Of a stretch of 64,000 bases of DNA, positions 23,233-30,524 are shown in pieces. A model generated the notes under the pieces. The model was not told the DNA's origin. It worked only from the letters and a program-made list of their open reading frames with translations, and searched no databases. Both the position numbers and the translations under genes were made by a program. Source of the stretch: a virus; IMG/VR virus record IMGVR_UViG_3300034200_001099, positions 1-64,000 of that record; one strand, written 5' to 3'. Position 1 is the first letter of the stretch. Every line of letters begins with the position of its first letter.

Positions 23233-24504
23233 TTAACACACAAACGGTGATTGAATAATTGTAACATTCTGAGGATTGTTCGATGTTGGTGTTGTTGTTG
23301 AACATACTGGTATAGATGAGTATGGTGAAATTGATTGCGACGACTCACCATTACAATCTGTGTATCTAATACTTACTTTAGATGGGCTATTATTACTTGC
23401 GGTATATTTATATAACACACACGGGGTCGCACTTGGAGTTGGTGTTGGTGTCATAGTTGGAGTCGTTGTTGGTGTTGGAGTTAGATTAGGTATACAATCT
23501 AAACAAGCTCCACTAACACTAGAACCAATTTCAGTTATAAGGACAATTGAGTCAACACCACTAATATTTTCAAATAGACCATCGTAAATAACACAATAAC
23601 CTTGACCATTTATAGTTGCGTTATAAACATATCCTTCTTTTGCTTGTGTGGTTCCTGAAACTAAAACAAGATCCGAAGTGTAATAGTCAATACCTGTGAA
23701 ACAATCTTTGAATTTTTTACTGTTAGCACATTGTATTATTTCATTAATGGAGTTAAATATTACTTCTCCTGAAAAATTACAACTATATGATAACATTGGT
23801 GTTGGTGTTGGGGTTGGTGATAGAGTTGGTGTTTGTGACGGTGATATATTTATCACAGAAACATTCATTGATAGTCCACCACAAATATTAGATACCGTTG
23901 GAGTTGGTGTTGGAGTTGGTGTTGGAGTATTTGTTGGAGTAGCACTAGGTGTTGAAGGTATGTAACAATCAAATATAGCGTCAAAATCAAAATTTTCACA
24001 AGGCGATGTTGTTGTGGTTGTTGTTATGCATATACCACCATACATAACAGTGTCGTCAAAATCGGGACATACAGAAGAGCTACCATAAGGACCAAATTGA
24101 TCACAAGGGTTACTAAGAGTTTGGGATAAACACCACCTTGTTTCACCTGACGAATAGTAAATAACAAACCCTGTGGTTTGTCCTGTGAAATAAGAATTTA
24201 CATCATAAGTTCCGGCATATTGGTAAGTATCGTTATAGATATTATCGTTTTGAATACAATAAAATTGGGTGCAATCACATGCTTCTATAAATTCAATCTT
24301 ACCAGTTAAATCAGTCCCATATTTGGTTAAACCATCTGAAAAAGTTGCGGATACCAACTCAGTTCCTGTAGTACAAGCAACATCTGTATAAATTACCGTT
24401 CCTGATAACAAATCATTACCATATAAGGTAGTTGTTAGTGCCGAAAAACACAGATTAACAAAATCAGTTCCAATTGAAAAATCACCTAAATTATTACAAG
24501 CCAT
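23233..24504 (-). CDS. Cys-rich Pro/Thr-repeat putative virion protein
   Basis: Three PT tracts plus a poly-T tract; C-terminal YTDCNG module shared with 16086..16844. Confidence 0.6.
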   Translation of the reverse strand: MACNNLGDFSIGTDFVNLCFSALTTTLYGNDLLSGTVIYTDVACTTGTELVSATFSDGLTKYGTDLTGKIEFIEACDCTQFYCIQNDNIYNDTYQYAGTYDVNSYFTGQTTGFVIYYSSGETRWCLSQTLSNPCDQFGPYGSSSVCPDFDDTVMYGGICITTTTTTSPCENFDFDAIFDCYIPSTPSATPTNTPTPTPTPTPTVSNICGGLSMNVSVINISPSQTPTLSPTPTPTPMLSYSCNFSGEVIFNSINEIIQCANSKKFKDCFTGIDYYTSDLVLVSGTTQAKEGYVYNATINGQGYCVIYDGLFENISGVDSIVLITEIGSSVSGACLDCIPNLTPTPTTTPTMTPTPTPSATPCVLYKYTASNNSPSKVSIRYTDCNGESSQSISPYSSIPVCSTTTPTSNNPQNVTIIQSPFVC

Positions 24505-24505
24505 A

Positions 24506-24724
24506 CTAACTAAAAGTTTCTGTTACCACACAATCATTATCATCCACAACTTTCACCTCAAAGGAGGCCATACCATAAAAAACTGAAGGTAGGTCAAAAA
24601 CATAAGGAATATCACCACTATTAATGGTTGCAATATAAATACAAGTGGTAAAACCTGTATCGCAAGTATATACGTCAAATGGGCTTGCCCCTGAGAGTCC
24701 GTTTAATGTTATTTGTGTTGGCAT
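24506..24724 (-). CDS. Small protein paralogous to the N-domain of 16086..16844
   Basis: MPTQITL...PFDVYTC.....CIYI...LP......VKVVD.NDC aligns with MPNQITI...PFSAYCC.....CVYV...LP......LLIIDSIGC. Confidence 0.7.
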   Translation of the reverse strand: MPTQITLNGLSGASPFDVYTCDTGFTTCIYIATINSGDIPYVFDLPSVFYGMASFEVKVVDDNDCVVTETFS

Positions 24725-24799
24725 ATCAGTAATAAATATAAAAGAAACTAAAACTTTGTGTAGTTGATGTATTGAAACTTTATGATTATATTATAAGAG

Positions 24800-25699
24800 A
24801 TGGACGAGTTTGATACTATTGTTGAAATTATTAGTGAATTTTTGGGTGAACCAAAAAAAGTTTATGAAAATACTTCACAGGTGTCTTGGAATTGTCCAGT
24901 GTGTGATGAAGGTGGGAATAAAGGTAATTTAGAGGTTAATATAGAAAAGTCACTCTTTCATTGTTGGAGTTGTGGTGACTATGAGGGAACTCACGGGTCT
25001 TTGGGTAAGTTATTTGATAAATTTGGTAATAAGAAACAAAAGAAATTATATCAGGTATTAAAACCTGAAACCATAATAAAACGAGAGAGAAAGAAAAAAA
25101 CATTAAAACTACCGGACAGATTTACACAATTTAAAGATTCAAGTAAGGTTTATCCAATTAGAAGACAAGCAATGAATTATCTAAATAGTCGTGGTATCAC
25201 AGATGATATGATTGAAAGGTATGGTATTGGTTTTTGTGATAACGGAGACCACGCTGGTCGTATTGTAATTCCATCGTATAATAAAAAAGGAGAACTTAAT
25301 TACTATATTGCAAGAAGTTGGGATCCAATGTCAAGGGCGAAATATAAGAACCCTGAAGCAGAAAAAGATAAAATTATATTTTGGGAAAATCTTATTGACT
25401 GGAACAAAGATATATTTTTGGTTGAGGGTGCTTTTGATGGGTTATTTTTAGATAATGTAATCCCTTTGTTGGGTAAACACATGTCCGAACTTTTATTTGA
25501 AACAATATATATGAATGCCAAAAGTAATGTTATTATTTGTTTGGATGCCGATGCATGGCAAAATGCGGTTAAACTTTACCACGAGTTAAATGGTGGTGAA
25601 TTATGGGGTAGAATAAAATTGGTTAAACTACCTGACAACAAGGATATCGCCGACCTAAGAGGTGAAATAAAAGATGAATATTATCATATAATAAAATAA
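24800..25699 (+). CDS. DNA primase (Zn finger + TOPRIM)
   Basis: CPVC...FHCWSC zinc finger, KYKNP, LVEGAFD, ICLDADA and KDIAD. Confidence 0.85.
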   Translation: MDEFDTIVEIISEFLGEPKKVYENTSQVSWNCPVCDEGGNKGNLEVNIEKSLFHCWSCGDYEGTHGSLGKLFDKFGNKKQKKLYQVLKPETIIKRERKKKTLKLPDRFTQFKDSSKVYPIRRQAMNYLNSRGITDDMIERYGIGFCDNGDHAGRIVIPSYNKKGELNYYIARSWDPMSRAKYKNPEAEKDKIIFWENLIDWNKDIFLVEGAFDGLFLDNVIPLLGKHMSELLFETIYMNAKSNVIICLDADAWQNAVKLYHELNGGELWGRIKLVKLPDNKDIADLRGEIKDEYYHIIK

Positions 25700-26562
25700 T
25701 GGATTTAAAAAAAATTGCACAAGAAATAAGAGACATCATCTCTGAAAGACAAAAAGAATTCCAACTTACCTTTGAGGAGGAAAGTCATAAATATACCATG
25801 TTGGACGATAAAGGTGATTTAAGAAGTGATTTTCCTTCTGTATCTAAAGTCATGAAACTTTTTTACGACGAGTTTCCAACTGAACAGGCGGCATTTAATA
25901 AGGCTGGTGGAGATCCCGATGAGGCAGAAAGATTAGTCAATGAATGGGCGGAGTTAGGAAGAAAATCAGCTAACTTGGGGTCTCGTTGTCACTTCTTTTT
26001 AGAGGAACACACTCTTAAAGAGTTTGGGATTGATAAAGTGGTTCGTCAACCAATATTTGATTGTGATGCCGAACAAATCATCAAAAGTGATACTATGATA
26101 ATTGCTGGTAAAAGATATATTGAATTAATCAAAGAAAGAGGGTGCGTGTTGATTGATACTGAGATTGTTTTAGGGCACCCTGAACTTGGATATACCGGTC
26201 AACCCGATAAGGTATGGTTGGTTATTGGAACAAACGGAAAGGTCGGTATTTTGATAACAGACTGGAAATCAAATAAGCCAAAAAACTTTGAGGTTACTCG
26301 TTATACAAAAAAAATGAAAAAACCTTTTGAAGATTTACCTGACAACGCATTGGGTCACTATAACACTCAATTACCCTTTTATGGTAAACTAATTTTGAAA
26401 ATGTTGGAAGGATCAAAATATGAAGACATACAACTTTTAGGTTGTATTATTGTGTTAATAACAGAAGAAAGAGAGTATCACGAACATCGAGTTTCTAAAA
26501 AAACTATAAATAAAATTCTTGAAATGGATATAAAACAACATTTGACTAAACTTAAAAAATAA
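25699..26562 (+). CDS. PD-(D/E)XK exonuclease
   Basis: PSVS, G...H, GQPDKV, ITDWKS and HYNTQL..Y motifs. Confidence 0.75.
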   Translation: MDLKKIAQEIRDIISERQKEFQLTFEEESHKYTMLDDKGDLRSDFPSVSKVMKLFYDEFPTEQAAFNKAGGDPDEAERLVNEWAELGRKSANLGSRCHFFLEEHTLKEFGIDKVVRQPIFDCDAEQIIKSDTMIIAGKRYIELIKERGCVLIDTEIVLGHPELGYTGQPDKVWLVIGTNGKVGILITDWKSNKPKNFEVTRYTKKMKKPFEDLPDNALGHYNTQLPFYGKLILKMLEGSKYEDIQLLGCIIVLITEEREYHEHRVSKKTINKILEMDIKQHLTKLKK

Positions 26563-26570
26563 ACTATTAT
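26542..26570 (+). promoter_or_regulatory. sigma70-like promoter TTGACT-N17-TATTAT
   Basis: Exact 17-nt spacing; ATG lies 5 nt downstream. Confidence 0.55.
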
Positions 26571-26575
26571 TGAGT

Positions 26576-26665
26576 ATGGGAACTACAACTACACCAATTT
26601 GGTATACCAACACAAGTTGGGACACCACAACAATTAAAATAAATGTAAATTATATTATAAAATGA
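26576..26665 (+). CDS. Small hypothetical peptide (29 aa; not in ORF track)
   Basis: MGTTTTPIWYTNTSWDTTTIKINVNYIIK; directly after the promoter, with ATGA overlap into the next gene. Confidence 0.4.
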   Translation: MGTTTTPIWYTNTSWDTTTIKINVNYIIK

Positions 26666-26880
26666 GCGACGACATCATAAGACCAAAAATTAACTTGAAA
26701 GAACAAAAAACGATCAAGTGTGAAAAATGTGAATCAAAATACTTCAAAGAAGTAACAATGTTAAAGAAAGTTCCTAAATTATTAACAGGAAGTCATGAAG
26801 ACACAATTGTGCCATTTCCTACATATATGTGTAATGAGTGTGGTTATGTGAATAAAGACTTTGAATTATTTATTGACTGA
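26662..26880 (+). CDS. Zinc-ribbon protein
   Basis: CEKC...CNECG. Confidence 0.7.
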   Translation: MSDDIIRPKINLKEQKTIKCEKCESKYFKEVTMLKKVPKLLTGSHEDTIVPFPTYMCNECGYVNKDFELFID

Positions 26881-27026
26881 TGAGATTAGGGGACATGACA
26901 ATTAGTGAAGCTTATCCACATCTTAAAATTGTGGCATTGGCGTATGATTTAAAATTAAACAGGGTTAAAGATTTTAAGTTTGCTAGACTTATCTTGGCCA
27001 ATCTTTATAATAGAGAATCATGTTAA
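26880..27026 (+). CDS. Small hypothetical protein (48 aa; not in ORF track)
   Basis: TGATG coupling; fills the gap between flanking genes. Confidence 0.5.
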   Translation: MRLGDMTISEAYPHLKIVALAYDLKLNRVKDFKFARLILANLYNRESC

Positions 27027-27256
27027 CATACAAAGAATTTTATATTTGGTTAGAGGGTTATCTTTATGGTAAACTTGAAAATAAACAGATTGATATATCA
27101 CCAATTGTTGAAAAGATGAGCCATGTTAAGGAGGAAAAACATGAATCAATTAAAATCACACCATTTGAGAGAATACCAATTCCAATAAACCCAATTACAA
27201 TAAACCCATTTTCAGAAGATGACGATTTGGGATATCCACCAAAAATAGTAATGTAA
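27020..27256 (+). CDS. Hypothetical protein
   Basis: ORF in operon; F.IWLEGY N-terminus is common in phage small proteins. Confidence 0.6.
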   Translation: MLTYKEFYIWLEGYLYGKLENKQIDISPIVEKMSHVKEEKHESIKITPFERIPIPINPITINPFSEDDDLGYPPKIVM

Positions 27257-27258
27257 TT

Positions 27259-27636
27259 ATGAAATCAAGTATAATATTAAACATCTTTTTGTTTTTTATT
27301 ACATTCACATCTGTATCTCAGATAATAGGAGCGACATATAAGCTTGATAGTATAGAAATTGCTCAATATGATTTACCGACAGAGGTGACATGGTATAACG
27401 CTAAAAGAGAGTGTAAAGAATTAGGTAAAGGTTGGAGATTACCAACTAAAGACGAATTAGAAAAAATGTATGAAAATAAGGACCTTATCGGTAATTTTGT
27501 TAATACTAATTATTGGAGTTCTACAGAGTATAGTTCTGATTATGTTTGGATGCAAGTGTTTACACACAAACTTATAGCAATAACCTTAAAAGAAGGTCAT
27601 ATTAATGCTAGAGCAGTTAAAACAATAAAACAATAA
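27259..27636 (+). CDS. Signal-peptide-bearing DUF1566/Lcl (C-type lectin fold) protein
   Basis: N-terminal hydrophobic signal; TW..A...C...WRLPT..EL...YWSSTE. Confidence 0.75.
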   Translation: MKSSIILNIFLFFITFTSVSQIIGATYKLDSIEIAQYDLPTEVTWYNAKRECKELGKGWRLPTKDELEKMYENKDLIGNFVNTNYWSSTEYSSDYVWMQVFTHKLIAITLKEGHINARAVKTIKQ

Positions 27637-27646
27637 AATAATAAAA

Positions 27647-28267
27647 ATGACTAATTTAAAAAAAGTATTTACTGAAATATACGAAAGTAATTCTTGGACT
27701 AGTTCCGAAAGTAGGTCAGGACTTGGTTCTGAATTGCTTAGCACTGAAACAATACGAAAAGAACTACCAGAAGTATTTAAAAAATTCAACATTAAAAGTG
27801 TTTTGGATATACCATGTGGGGATTTTAATTGGATGAATAATGTTGACTTAAAAGAGGTCCATTATATTGGTGCTGATATTGTGGAAAATATGATTGAGGA
27901 CAACAAAAATAATTTTAAAGATTATGAATTTAAAGTTTTAGATATAACTGAAGACGATCTACCCGAAGTAGACTTAATTTTTGCTAGAGACATTTTAGGT
28001 CATTTTGATTATGAAAATATTGAAAAAACAATAAAAAACATAATTCGTAGTGGCAGTAAATATTTGTTAACAACTTCTTTTACAAAATGGGAATATAATG
28101 TAGACATAAAAAATGGTGATTGGAGACCAATAAATTTAATGTTAAAACCATTTTTATTTAAACCAATTTATCTAATTAATGAAAATTGTTTTGAAGGAGA
28201 TTTTCAATATAATGACAAATGTCTTATATTATTTGACTTAAATAAACTTTATTGTGGATTAAAATGA
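27647..28267 (+). CDS. Class I SAM-dependent methyltransferase
   Basis: F..IY..N.W...SRSG.GS, VLDIPCGDFNWM and YIGADIV. Confidence 0.8.
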   Translation: MTNLKKVFTEIYESNSWTSSESRSGLGSELLSTETIRKELPEVFKKFNIKSVLDIPCGDFNWMNNVDLKEVHYIGADIVENMIEDNKNNFKDYEFKVLDITEDDLPEVDLIFARDILGHFDYENIEKTIKNIIRSGSKYLLTTSFTKWEYNVDIKNGDWRPINLMLKPFLFKPIYLINENCFEGDFQYNDKCLILFDLNKLYCGLK

Positions 28268-29043
28268 TTAAAACTTTAGTTCACTTTTCTGATTTACATA
28301 TCAGATTATATAAGGATCACGATTTATACCGTTCAATATTAGAAACGGCGATTGAGCAATGGAAAGAATTGTCTCCTGACCGTATAATTTTTACGGGTGA
28401 TTTAGTTCATTCTAAAAACCAAATGACACCTGAACTTATTGAGTTCGTTGCTTGGATTTTAACTGAATGTTCTAACATTGCTAAAACAATAATTATACCT
28501 GGTAACCACGACTTTTTGGTAAACAACACTGAAAGATTGGACGCACTTACACCAATTATTAATTCTTTGAATAACCCAAACATTGTATATTATAGAGACA
28601 GGGGTGTGTATGAGGATGATAATGTTAGTTGGTGTGTGTATTCACAATATCAGGGAAATATACCACCAGAAATCACTGAAGCAAATGGTAGACGTATTGG
28701 ATTATTTCACGGACCTATTTCAGGGTTAAAAACAGATCTTGGTTTTGAGTTTGGTGAAGAAGCTTACGAGATTGAAAAGTTTGATGGTTTGGAAACGGTA
28801 TTATGTGGTGATATTCATAAACGTGCTGAATTTCAAATTAAGGGAGGTAAAGGGTATATGATTGGATCCACAATCCAAAATAACATTGGTGAAAGTATTG
28901 GAAGACACGGATATGGGATTTATAATGTTGAAACTAAAGATTATTCTTATGTAGATGTGCACAACCCAAAACCGTTTTTAAAGTTCACCATAAAATCTTT
29001 TGAAGATATTGAAAATGGAACCGAATTACTCAAAAATATTTAA
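28264..29043 (+). CDS. sbcD: SbcD/Mre11/gp47-like metallophosphoesterase nuclease
   Basis: SDLH, TGDLVH, PGNHD, FHG and GDIH motifs. Confidence 0.85.
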   Translation: MIKTLVHFSDLHIRLYKDHDLYRSILETAIEQWKELSPDRIIFTGDLVHSKNQMTPELIEFVAWILTECSNIAKTIIIPGNHDFLVNNTERLDALTPIINSLNNPNIVYYRDRGVYEDDNVSWCVYSQYQGNIPPEITEANGRRIGLFHGPISGLKTDLGFEFGEEAYEIEKFDGLETVLCGDIHKRAEFQIKGGKGYMIGSTIQNNIGESIGRHGYGIYNVETKDYSYVDVHNPKPFLKFTIKSFEDIENGTELLKNI

Positions 29044-29773
29044 TAAAGAAATTCTCAACAGTATTGATAGTTTTTGTAAACTCAATAATATTGATGATGT
29101 TGATAGTTTTATTAAAAACGTTTTTCAAGAAGGGTTTAACATAAAGAAGTATGGTCTTTTGGAAAAAACACTTAATGAAGGTGAAAAACACTTAAAACCA
29201 AGTGTGATTGAAGAAAAACGAGTGGAAATTGAGGTAATCCGAGAAATACGGGTGGAAATACCGGTTGAAGTTATTAGAGAGGTTGAAAAAATAGTTGAGG
29301 TTATTAAAGAAGTGCCTGTTGAAAAAGTGGTTATACAAGAGGTAATTAAGGAGGTTCCTGTTGATAGAGTGGTTGAGAAAATAATTTATACTACTGACGA
29401 TATTCAAATAAACGAACTTGGCGGAAAAATTGCCGAGTTGGAAGAAGAAAGACAAATATTTTCCACTAAAATTGCCGATTTGGAAGAAGAAAGACAAATA
29501 TTTTCCACTAAAACTGAAGAAATGGAAAATAATTTCCAAAATGAAATATCTAAAAAGGATAAAGAGTTAGGTGATCTTAGACAAAAATTAGATGACCCTG
29601 TGACAAATGATAAAATAAAACTCCTCCAAGAAACGCTCCAAAACTTGAGAGGTGAACTACAACAAAAGAACGAACAAATAAGGGAGATAGAAAAAATAAA
29701 CCGAGACCTTTTGAATGGTAATCAAAATCAAGCATACCTTCTGAGGGGATCAAATTTAAATAAAAGAGTATGA
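29015..29773 (+). CDS. Coiled-coil protein with V-E-V-I-(K/R)-E-V-P-V repeats
   Basis: EVIREVEKIVEVIKEVPVEKVV repeats followed by a heptad-rich C-terminus. Confidence 0.7.
   Translation: MEPNYSKIFNKEILNSIDSFCKLNNIDDVDSFIKNVFQEGFNIKKYGLLEKTLNEGEKHLKPSVIEEKRVEIEVIREIRVEIPVEVIREVEKIVEVIKEVPVEKVVIQEVIKEVPVDRVVEKIIYTTDDIQINELGGKIAELEEERQIFSTKIADLEEERQIFSTKTEEMENNFQNEISKKDKELGDLRQKLDDPVTNDKIKLLQETLQNLRGELQQKNEQIREIEKINRDLLNGNQNQAYLLRGSNLNKRV
29426..29512 (+). repeat. 42-bp tandem duplication (KIA(E/D)LEEERQIFST x2)
   Basis: Two copies differing at one base. Confidence 0.9.
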
Positions 29774-30129
29774 TAACACAAATTTTAGTATGGTTCATAA
29801 TGAGTTATGGATTAATGAACATTATGGTCTACGGATCAATTTTTCAAGGATTAAGAGATTTTTTAAAAAGATGGGGAGATAATAAACAATTGCCTTTTAA
29901 TTTTTTAGGTAATTTCCTATCAGGTTTAATCAATTGTCCATTATGTTTTTCAACATGGGGTGGATTTGTTTTATCCTTATTGATATTCTCGCCAACAAAT
30001 CATATATTTAACACACCTTTAAGTTATTCATGGTTCTTTGATGGTATTACATCCGCAGGTGCTGTATGGGCGATAAATGGTATAATAGAATGGTTTGAAG
30101 AAAATAGACCAAATAATAATAATAATTAA
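29770..30129 (+). CDS. Membrane protein with CxxC (DUF1360-like)
   Basis: Hydrophobic helices and LINCPLCFSTW. Confidence 0.6.
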   Translation: MITQILVWFIMSYGLMNIMVYGSIFQGLRDFLKRWGDNKQLPFNFLGNFLSGLINCPLCFSTWGGFVLSLLIFSPTNHIFNTPLSYSWFFDGITSAGAVWAINGIIEWFEENRPNNNNN

Positions 30130-30139
30130 TAAAAGTAAA

Positions 30140-30523
30140 ATGGGAAAAGAAGCAAAAAAACACAGAGCAAAGGTTGCAAAAAGAAATGCAAAAGTAAAAG
30201 AACAAAAATCAGGAATGCAAAAAGCCTTTGATTTATTGATGAAACAACAAATTGATGCTATGGCAAACGAAGAAAATCTTAAGGCACAAATTGGTGATCA
30301 AGAGTTAAATTTTGAAGTTGTTGAAGAAAAAACAATTGATCACGCATTTAAATTTACTCCAAACGAAGAAGAATCTCAAAAAATTAACAAAGAATTTGAA
30401 GGTAACGTCTCATTTAAAGAAGAAAATCCTGAATTTATGTCTATAAATCAAATTACAATAGATGATTTTGAATCTAACAATAACGAACCTATTGAAGACC
30501 AAATTTCTGAGATAGAAAAATAA
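30140..30523 (+). CDS. Hypothetical protein (basic N-terminus, acidic C-terminus)
   Basis: ATG at 30140 (MGKEAKKHRAKV). Confidence 0.6.
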   Translation: MGKEAKKHRAKVAKRNAKVKEQKSGMQKAFDLLMKQQIDAMANEENLKAQIGDQELNFEVVEEKTIDHAFKFTPNEEESQKINKEFEGNVSFKEENPEFMSINQITIDDFESNNNEPIEDQISEIEK

Positions 30524-30524
30524 A

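Noticed and set aside
22604-26562. CRISPR-Cas components (RuvC of Cas9/Cas12, Cas4)
   Set aside because: The RuvC-like protein is 201 aa and stand-alone, the nuclease sits in a replication operon, and no repeat-spacer array was seen.
27259-27636. DUF1566/C-type lectin protein as a diversity-generating retroelement target
   Set aside because: No reverse transcriptase and no template-repeat copy of its 3' end were seen in the window; a remote DGR cannot be excluded.
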